From NCBI GenBank assembly GCA_965221165.1, contig CBDCRP010000003.1:608001-672000 (forward strand): a DNA stretch of 64,000 nucleotides, in the 5' to 3' direction. Positions within the stretch are counted from its first letter, which is position 1. Every line of letters starts with the position of its first letter. Shown piece by piece: positions 57,322 through 64,000 of this stretch. The notes under the pieces are model-generated. The model was not told the origin of the DNA and ran no database searches. It saw only the letters and a program-made list of their open reading frames with translations. The stretch is from a bacterium (lineage in GTDB: Bacteria; UBA8248). Both the position numbers and the translations under genes were made by a program.

Positions 57322-57738
57322 ATGACGGAATACGAAGCCGCAAGCCTCGCGCTGCAACAAGCCTCCATATGGGTCGCCGCTATCGTCGGGGCCTCGCAAT
57401 GCTCTTTGATCGGGTATGGGCTCTACATCATGCGCCAGGCCGCGAAGCACCGCGACGCCCTACAACAGGAAACCATGGCGCAGCATCGAGAAACAATGGC
57501 GGTGCTAAAAGGTCAGAATGAGGCGCAAAACGATCAGCATCAAGAAACCATGGCCCAACATCGAGAAAACATGGCGGTGCTAAAAGGTCAGAATGAGGCG
57601 CAAAACGATCAGCATCAAGAAACCATGGCCCAGCATCAAGAAACCATGGCCCAACATCGAGAAAACATGTCGGCGCTGGAAGGCCAGAACGAGGCGCTCA
57701 TGGAACTCATCCGCCGTACGTCTGCCTCACCCGCATAG
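57322..57738 (+). CDS. Single-pass membrane protein with tandem coiled-coil repeats
   Basis: RBS GGAG, N-terminal hydrophobic segment, repeats of QETMAQHRE(T/N)MAVLKGQNEAQNDQH. Confidence 0.7.
   Translation: MTEYEAASLALQQASIWVAAIVGASQCSLIGYGLYIMRQAAKHRDALQQETMAQHRETMAVLKGQNEAQNDQHQETMAQHRENMAVLKGQNEAQNDQHQETMAQHQETMAQHRENMSALEGQNEALMELIRRTSASPA
57466..57696 (+). repeat. Intragenic tandem repeat (75-bp units plus an extra 21-bp unit)
   Basis: 57466-57540 and 57541-57615 near-identical; 57616-57636 duplicates CAAGAAACCATGGCCCAGCAT; partial third unit follows. Confidence 0.9.
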
Positions 57739-57878
57739 CAGGACCATGGAACGAGCGTCGGCGGGAATCCTCTTCGCGCAGGAGCTTTTTTAATTCCCTC
57801 GTGTAATTCCCCATCGATCAGGCGAACCGGACTTCTCGCTCAAACGCGCTGAAGCGCATTTTCACCCGGCCCTGCGCG

Positions 57879-58427
57879 TCAGTCGGCGGGGCGATGGCGC
57901 GCCAGAGCGTGGGCGAGGATATCGCGCGCAGGCGCCGTGCCGTCGAGCGGGCGCAGCTTCCGGCTCTTGATCTTCCAGCCCCCGGGCGCGCGCGCAAGCT
58001 CCCAGCGGTTGGCGAGGACGCGGTGGATGCGGTAGCCGGTCGAGACGCCGTGATTGGGCAACTCGCGCTCGGCCCCCTCGGCGTCGGGGTGGATGAGCTG
58101 CAAGTAGGAGGTGACGTAGGCCGCATCGCCGTCGAGCTCGACGTGCGGCAGCCCGGCGAAGTGGGCGAGACCGCCCTGGATCGCTTGTTGATGCGCAGGC
58201 GTCTGGGTGATGGCGCCGATGGCCTCGCTGCCGACTGCTCCCGCGAGACTCTCCCCGCGGTCGAAGACGCCGTCCTCGGTGAAGACGGCGCTGGTGTAAT
58301 AATCCGCGCCGGTATCCGCGCTCGGCGGGTGCGACGCGATCAGGTTGTAGATTTCGAGCCTGTCCTCTATGTCGCGGAGCCGCGCTTCGAGCGACGCGGC
58401 GTCCGGTGTTCTTTCGTTTTCAGCCAT
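57879..58427 (-). CDS. SnoaL/NTF2-like family protein
   Basis: RLRDIEDRLEIYNLIASH, FTEDGVF, GWKIKSR. Confidence 0.85.
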   Translation of the reverse strand: MAENERTPDAASLEARLRDIEDRLEIYNLIASHPPSADTGADYYTSAVFTEDGVFDRGESLAGAVGSEAIGAITQTPAHQQAIQGGLAHFAGLPHVELDGDAAYVTSYLQLIHPDAEGAERELPNHGVSTGYRIHRVLANRWELARAPGGWKIKSRKLRPLDGTAPARDILAHALARHRPAD

Positions 58428-58456
58428 ACCTTTTCTCCCCGGTGAGACGTTTTCGC

Positions 58457-58657
58457 TTAAGCGCCATCCAGAAGATGGGCGTTCAACTCCAAGAGTTCGG
58501 GAATGAGGATTTTCAGTTTATCTTCCAGTTCCTCGGGCGTGGGCGCTTCGGCGACGAGTCCGGGCACGTCCTCGCTTTCGGCCACCCATACCCGCGCCTC
58601 AAAATCCCACTTGGCGAAAATGTTAATCCTGCTCCGCGCCATCGCTTTCCCCATCAT
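58457..58657 (-). CDS. DUF1902 (HicB-like) protein
   Basis: WDFEARVWVAESEDVPGLVAEAPT..IPELLELN. Confidence 0.85.
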   Translation of the reverse strand: MMGKAMARSRINIFAKWDFEARVWVAESEDVPGLVAEAPTPEELEDKLKILIPELLELNAHLLDGA

Positions 58658-58715
58658 TTGTCCGCCATGCGGCGGCGGATGTTTTTATGTTAACCCTTTT
58701 GCATCTCGCGTCAAT

Positions 58716-59531
58716 TCACGTCATCTCGGCGGAGAAAGTTGGAGTATCATTGCTCATAATGCGGCAGTCGGACAACGAGATTTTCGGCAAATCCGCATCA
58801 GGATTGTGCACCTTTTCCGCCGCACGGCGAATCATTCTCTCGACAGCCTCATCGAGAAAACGGCTCTCTTCGTTCGTCAGATCATGTGAAACGCCTCTAC
58901 CTTTTCGCGCTCCCGAAGGACCGCCTTTGGTGGAGGAGAGACGACCGATTTCATCAAGAACCTCTTTATCAATCTGAAAATATCGGGAAGCTGCTTTGCG
59001 CTTCCCTTCACCATCCCGTTTTTTTCCTTCCGCCATGTTTTCAAGCACGGTCAGGCAAAAGTAAGCCGTTCCCGGAAGGGGTTCTTGCTTTCGACGATAA
59101 TTCATATACCGATCGAACATCGTTTGTATGTCGGGGTTGATACTGATGCTTGAAGGAAGCAATGGGTAAGAATGCTTTTTGACAGCCGGAGTAATTGTCA
59201 CACGTGGCATACTTGTCCTGAATTGAAAATACACCACACCGGGTGTCGGATTCCGATCCACAATCTCCGCTTTGTGGAATTTTAACTGGAAGGAATCCGG
59301 CCCGCTCTCAAGGCAAGCACTAAACTCCCAAGCGCGAATGTAGTCTTCAATTGCTTCCCGCGCTTCCTCTTCCGTAGCGTAATGATTCTTCAACTCGAAG
59401 CGAGCTTGATTGTCTTTGACTTCCAGACGAAAGGTGGGCTCTTCGAGAACGAGCGTCTCCGCCTCTTTGTAAGAAACCGATTCGCCATGCTCGACGCGGT
59501 ATAACAATGCGGCTACATGGGGGTCGTTCAT
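58716..59531 (-). CDS. Hypothetical protein translationally coupled to the RM enzyme
   Basis: 271-aa ORF, lower GC, ATGA overlap with the MmeI-like gene. Confidence 0.7.
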   Translation of the reverse strand: MNDPHVAALLYRVEHGESVSYKEAETLVLEEPTFRLEVKDNQARFELKNHYATEEEAREAIEDYIRAWEFSACLESGPDSFQLKFHKAEIVDRNPTPGVVYFQFRTSMPRVTITPAVKKHSYPLLPSSISINPDIQTMFDRYMNYRRKQEPLPGTAYFCLTVLENMAEGKKRDGEGKRKAASRYFQIDKEVLDEIGRLSSTKGGPSGARKGRGVSHDLTNEESRFLDEAVERMIRRAAEKVHNPDADLPKISLSDCRIMSNDTPTFSAEMT

Positions 59532-62314
59532 CTTTTCCTCCTCCGTCTCCGCCTCCCCCGCACCCTTGCCTCAAGCGGCGCGCGCATTTTCTCGTACAGG
59601 GCGAAGAGGTGCTCCACGCGCTCGCGCTCGGAGGCGAAGCCGGTGCGGCGGTAGAGGCGATCCACGGCGCGGTCGAGGGCTTGGTGGGCGCGTCGGAGAT
59701 CGGGCGGCATGAGGTCCGGGTCGTAGAGGTCGGCCGGCGTCGCTTCGGGGTGCGCCGCGCGGGCTTCGAGAACGGCTTGGGCGAGGGGTTCCAGCTTCGA
59801 GAGGTCGGCGTCTCCCGGCGGGGTGGGGAAGGTGTTGTAGATAACGCCAACGGAATACATATAATCGCTCTTCATCCGCCCCGTTATCGCCCGCATCCAG
59901 GCCATGTGCATGGCGGAGGTGAGCAACGCGAAATCTTGAAGAGTCGCATCAGGAAGAATCCGCAACTTCTGATTCGCTATAACGTCATTTCCAAGCCAGC
60001 CAATAGGAACATACTCTCGACGCTCGGAGCTTGTATTCGGAATCACCAGATAATCCGTATCTAGTCTCTCGTCTACGCCAACCAAAGTGGGATAGTCCGC
60101 CATTTTCTGCGTACTCGCCCGTTTGCTGGCTGCACGATATGCCCGAACCTCCGCAACCTTTCCTGCGGTCATCGGCAGTTTCCTCAATTCGGATGAGGAA
60201 GCATCTCGAAGGTAAAGAATCCAACGATGAAAGCCATTGATAAATTCATCTCCGCCTATATATCGCCGGAAAAAGCGGGAAGCGTCGGGTTCGGATGCAA
60301 GGAACGCTTCTTTTTCATCCTCATTGAAAGTCAGGATTCCATTATCTATCATTTGGACTCCGGTCTTTAACTTCTTCATTGCGTTAATCGGCCTGCTTTC
60401 CACCCGCACAGTCAGATGCGGATCGGCGAGACCGCCCGCGTCGAACAGATAGGGCGAGAGAGCGGCGTGGCGGCTCTCCTGCGGCTCGCCGTTAATGTCG
60501 GGATAGCTGAACAGGCGTTTTTCCGCCCGCGCCGCTTCCCGGGCGTCCAGCCCGATGACGACGACGTGCACGTGCGCCACCCCGCGCGCGTCAGAACCCC
60601 AGGCGAAGGTGCGGTGGGCGAAGGCGATCTCCAGCCTCCAACGCTCGAAGAGGAGAGGCCAAAGCTGCGCCGCCTGCTCCCCCTGCGTTACCGAGTTGGT
60701 GGCGACGAAGCCGATGCGCGTCGCGCTCTTTTGCAGGTACTCCCCCGCCCGGATGAACCACGCGGTCACGTAATCCAGCGTTCCGCCGCTTTTGCCGAGA
60801 TCGGCGACCCTGCGCGCCTGCAAACGCTGCTCGCCCGTCTGGAACTTCGCGCCCACGAACGGCGGATTGCCGAAAACATAAGAACAATCCGCAGGCGGGA
60901 GAAGCGCCGCCCAGTCGGTCTCCAGCGCGTCGGCGCACAGGACGTGCGGGGCGGTCGTGAGCGGAATGCGGGTGTAGGTCTGGCCGAATTCGAGGCTCAA
61001 GCGGTTGTTCATGATGTGGTCCATCATCCAGAGCGCCGTCTCGGCGATGCGCGCCGGAAACTCGCCCAGTTCTATCCCGTAGAACTGATCCACGGTGATG
61101 CGGGAGAGTTCGGCCACGTCGAGTTCGCGCTGCGCTTCGGCGGCGCGGAGTTCTCGGAGCACTTCCATCTCCAGTTCGCGCAGTTCGCGGTAGGCGATGA
61201 TCAAGAAGTTCCCGCACCCGCAAGCCGGGTCGAAGAATTTCATACCGCCCAACTTCTCCTGAAACCGCCTGAGTTCGGCCGAGCGGCGGCTGTCCCTGCG
61301 GGCTCTCAGCCGCTGGAGTTCCTCGCGCAGATCGTCGAGAAACAAGGGTTCGATGACCTTCAAAATGTTCTTCTCCGTGGTGTAGTGCGCCCCCTGTGCG
61401 CGGCGCTCCTCAGGCTCCATGACGGATTGAAAGAGCGCGCCGAAGATGGCCGGGGAGATGTTCGACCAGTCGAAGCGGCATGTTTCGAGCAGGGCGTTCC
61501 GCATGGCGGCGTTGAAGGATGGAATACGCAGGGAATCCTTGAACAAATCGCCGTTCACGTAGGGAAAGCGGGCGAGGTCTTCATCGAGCGTCCTCTGGCG
61601 GTCGCCCTCCGGCGTATCCAGCACCTGGAAGAGTTCAGACAGCCGGGAGCCGGTATCCGATCCGTCCTCGTTCGTGCGCTCTTCGATGTAGTTCAGGAAA
61701 ATATCGCGCGGCTCGAAGATGCCCGTATCGTCCGCGAAGAGACAAAAGACGACGCGCACCAGAAAGCGTTCGAGATCGTGGCCCCGGTAACCGGCCTCCG
61801 CGAGGGCGTCGTGGAGGTTTCCCGCGAGTTCGGCAGCCTTGATGTTGGCGGGGTCCTGGTCGCGAAAGGCGCGGCGGCGAAGCCCAAGGATGAAGCCGAA
61901 TTTTTCGACGTGGGCGGGCAGGTCGGCGAGGGAGAAGACCGCGTGAGTCCGCTCATCCAGATCATGAAGCTCGAAGGTTTGAAAATCACTCACGAGGATG
62001 TGGCCGGGCTTGTCCCGCTCGGGCAGGGCGTCGAAGTATTCCCCCGCCTGCCCGTAGGCTCTCGTCAAATCGCGGCCCGCGCTTTTTTGCTCCACGATCA
62101 AAACGCGCGGCCAGAAGAGGTCGATATAGCCGTGCGTGTCGTCGAGACGTCTTACGTGCTCCTCGTAGCGGGCGACGGAGCGGCGCTTTACACCAAAGAT
62201 ATGGAAGAACTCGTTATAAAAACTCTGCGTCTCGCCTTTTTCATACGCAGCACCCGCCCAATTCCGGGCGAAGCGCGCCGCGCGCACGCGCATCTCGTTC
62301 CAGGAGAGGCGCAC
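59528..62314 (-). CDS. MmeI-like Type IIG/IIL restriction-modification enzyme (N6-adenine MTase)
   Basis: IDLFW..IVEQKS nuclease motif, GAHYT, DPACGCGNFL, GNPPF, ERVEHLFALY C-terminus. Confidence 0.92.
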   Translation of the reverse strand: MRLSWNEMRVRAARFARNWAGAAYEKGETQSFYNEFFHIFGVKRRSVARYEEHVRRLDDTHGYIDLFWPRVLIVEQKSAGRDLTRAYGQAGEYFDALPERDKPGHILVSDFQTFELHDLDERTHAVFSLADLPAHVEKFGFILGLRRRAFRDQDPANIKAAELAGNLHDALAEAGYRGHDLERFLVRVVFCLFADDTGIFEPRDIFLNYIEERTNEDGSDTGSRLSELFQVLDTPEGDRQRTLDEDLARFPYVNGDLFKDSLRIPSFNAAMRNALLETCRFDWSNISPAIFGALFQSVMEPEERRAQGAHYTTEKNILKVIEPLFLDDLREELQRLRARRDSRRSAELRRFQEKLGGMKFFDPACGCGNFLIIAYRELRELEMEVLRELRAAEAQRELDVAELSRITVDQFYGIELGEFPARIAETALWMMDHIMNNRLSLEFGQTYTRIPLTTAPHVLCADALETDWAALLPPADCSYVFGNPPFVGAKFQTGEQRLQARRVADLGKSGGTLDYVTAWFIRAGEYLQKSATRIGFVATNSVTQGEQAAQLWPLLFERWRLEIAFAHRTFAWGSDARGVAHVHVVVIGLDAREAARAEKRLFSYPDINGEPQESRHAALSPYLFDAGGLADPHLTVRVESRPINAMKKLKTGVQMIDNGILTFNEDEKEAFLASEPDASRFFRRYIGGDEFINGFHRWILYLRDASSSELRKLPMTAGKVAEVRAYRAASKRASTQKMADYPTLVGVDERLDTDYLVIPNTSSERREYVPIGWLGNDVIANQKLRILPDATLQDFALLTSAMHMAWMRAITGRMKSDYMYSVGVIYNTFPTPPGDADLSKLEPLAQAVLEARAAHPEATPADLYDPDLMPPDLRRAHQALDRAVDRLYRRTGFASERERVEHLFALYEKMRAPLEARVRGRRRRRRKR

Positions 62315-62451
62315 GTTCAGCCTCAGGCGATGCCGGGCTGCGCGGCGGTTCGGGAGGTATGGCGATGCGAGCTATTCCTCGTGATTTTCATGGGATGAGA
62401 ATATCGCACATTTCGGGGCGCAATTCCTACCTACCCGCAAGCATTTCCTCC

Positions 62452-62992
62452 TTCCGTAGGTCGGACATATATGTCCGCCACCCATACATGCGACCCGTGT
62501 CTTGCGGGCGAAAGGCCGGGACGCATATATGCATCCCCTACGGGTAATTCCCTGCCGTAGGGCGGACACACACACTCTTCCCCTCCTCGGGGAAGAGCGA
62601 CACCCCTACGACAAAACATCCCCCCGTCGGCAAGATAAGGGCGCAGGTCCGTAGGGACAGGCCCCCGTGCCTGTCCTGACGAGAGACAACCATAGTGGCC
62701 GGACAACCACGGGGGGTTGTCCTTACAACACCTCGGGGTCGTCCTGTTCGGGCTCGTTTCATGTTTCGCGTGGACACAGGGGTCTGTGGGGCGGCCCCTG
62801 AGCAATCCCCCCTCCCGTAGGTCGGACATATATGTCCGCCACGCATACATGCGACCCGTGTTCTACGGGCGAAAGGCCGGGCGGCGATCCGAGGAGGGGG
62901 GGGATTGCCGACGCGTGTGGTTTTCGCTCGTCCGCACGGGCCGCATATATGCCTCCCCTACGGGTAATCCCCTGCCGTGGGGCGGACATACG
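62452..62992. repeat. Dense REP/REPIN cluster
   Basis: Direct repeats CCGTAGGTCGGACATATATGTCCGCCAC..GCATATATGC..CCCCTACGGGTAAT..CCTGCCGT(A/G)GGGCGGACA at 62454-62570 and 62815-62990; also GTAGGGACAGGCCCCCGTGCCTGTCC and GGACAACCACGGGGGGTTGTCCTTAC at 62650-62727. Confidence 0.85.
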
Positions 62993-63228
62993 AGCTTGCG
63001 GGCGGGGGCGTTTTCGAGAGAGCATGAGAGGGTGCCGCGAGGAGAATTCCGGGCGAATTTCGCGCGCTAAAAGGCTCTCGATAATATGTGAAAAGTGGTG
63101 AAAAAAGGGGGAAATAGGCGAAATATAGTGAAAATATCTGAAAATTTAACCTATTGAAAATAAAGGCGTTACTTGAAAAAGGAGAGGGTTTTGGACTTAA
63201 CGGGTTTTGGACTCCTGTTCCGGGCGCG

Positions 63229-63552
63229 ATGGTGGGTACGCTGAACGCGGCCACCGGCGTGGGCTGGGGCATCATCATGATCCCCACCCTGTTCCTCATC
63301 CCCGCGCTCACGCCCCAACAGGCGGTGGCGGTCTCGCTGCTCGCCTACCTGTTCAACTCGCTCGTGGCCTCGTTCGAGAACGTGAGGAGCGGCCTCATCG
63401 TCTGGAATTACGCGGCCTACCTGAGCGCCGGGGCCATCATCGGCGGCGCGGCCGGGGCCTATCTGCTCAAGAACGTCTCCGCCCTCACGCTCAAGAGAGT
63501 CGTGGGCGTCCTGGTGATCGCAGCGGGCGCGAACCTCCTCTGGAACCGCTAA
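63229..63552 (+). CDS. Half-size TSUP (TauE/SafE) protein, possibly frameshifted at the 5' end
   Basis: GTLNAATGVGWGIIMIP, AVAVSL, GAIIGGAAGA. Confidence 0.6.
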   Translation: MVGTLNAATGVGWGIIMIPTLFLIPALTPQQAVAVSLLAYLFNSLVASFENVRSGLIVWNYAAYLSAGAIIGGAAGAYLLKNVSALTLKRVVGVLVIAAGANLLWNR

Positions 63553-63558
63553 AAGAAA

Positions 63559-63580
63559 ACCCCTCATCAAGACGAGGGGT
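63559..63580. terminator. Hairpin between convergent genes (putative terminator)
   Basis: ACCCCTC-N8-GAGGGGT preceded by an A-rich tract. Confidence 0.4.
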
Positions 63581-63657
63581 GTCCTCCGGTATGCCCGGGC
63601 GCCAAGCTTCACGACACGGGAGGGGCGCAACAATCGGCCATATGGTTTTCGGGTTCG

Positions 63658-63798
63658 CTACCCGATGATCTTCCTCTTCATCCAGCCGAAAACCCACGCC
63701 ACGGCGCGGAACATGCCGCCGACTCACGTGGGGCAGGCATTATCCTCCGGCGGAATTTCATGCTTATCCTCCGCCGTCTCCTGCGCGCGGGTATTCAC
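63658..63798 (-). CDS. Candidate 46-aa selenoprotein with CxxU motif
   Basis: GTG start; MNTRAQETAEDKHEIPPEDNACPT(TGA)VGGMFRAVAWVFGWMKRKIIG*; hairpin after the TGA. Confidence 0.4.
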
Positions 63799-63801
63799 GC
63801 T

Positions 63802-64000
63802 TCAGCCCTCCCCTTCGCCTACGCTCTTCGCGCGTTCGGGGTCGATCTCGTAGAGATAATCAAAGGAATAGATGCCTGCGCCGCACCCGCCGCGCCAGAT
63901 GAAATTGATGGCGTAGCGCCCCACCATCTCGGCGTTTTCAAGCTCCGTAGGCCCGCTCGGCCCCGTGAGGACGGCGAGGGGGTTCTTCTCGCGCGCCTTG
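63802..64000 (-). CDS. DUF971 (GBBH-like N-terminal) protein, 5'-truncated by the window edge
   Basis: Minus strand reads ..EMVGRYAINFIWRGGCGAGIYSFDYL..*. Confidence 0.75.
   Translation of the reverse strand, partial: KAREKNPLAVLTGPSGPTELENAEMVGRYAINFIWRGGCGAGIYSFDYLYEIDPERAKSVGEGEG

Noticed and set aside
57466-57696. Regular repeats as a possible CRISPR array
   Set aside because: Units are contiguous, in-frame and coding, with no unique spacers and no cas genes
62452-62992. Repeat cluster as a CRISPR array or as short ORFs
   Set aside because: Irregular spacing, mixed orientations and GTAG-hairpin structure fit REP elements; the ORFs are repeat translations

Overview
A GC-rich bacterial chromosomal segment. 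Its many amidohydrolases, TSUP exporters, hydantoinase, toxin-antitoxin (TA) and defence genes tentatively suggest a Nitrospinota/Tectomicrobia-like organism; this is inference only. Housekeeping genes include aroA, tenA, rimI, a pgi-like gene, gap-pgk-tpiA-secG, tRNA-Leu(GAG), def, an M16 peptidase pair and a leuCD-like pair. Catabolic clusters include amidohydrolases, CocE, hydantoinase AB and an Sdh/Tfr-like + fumarase/tartrate-dehydratase-like operon. Five small accessory islets interrupt these: (1) 3.1-6.5 kb: DUF3696 ABC-ATPase + PIN-like gene, a DUF4268 nuclease-like gene, and VapB with an internally deleted VapC; (2) 11.5-15.2 kb: AbrB/VapC, an IS1595 remnant, a HEPN gene inside a ~1.6-kb tract of extreme purine/pyrimidine strand skew, and a PD-(D/E)XK gene; (3) 39.3-41.2 kb, after tRNA-Leu: a low-GC gene and a Doc TA module bracketed by a diverged duplicate of the def 3' end; (4) 57-63 kb: a repeat-bearing membrane protein, DUF1902, an MmeI-like RM enzyme with a coupled unknown gene, and REP/REPIN clusters; (5) near the window end, a candidate 46-aa CxxU selenoprotein missed by the ORF track. 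No CRISPR array or rRNA was seen. Family assignments come from recognised motifs, not from database searches.
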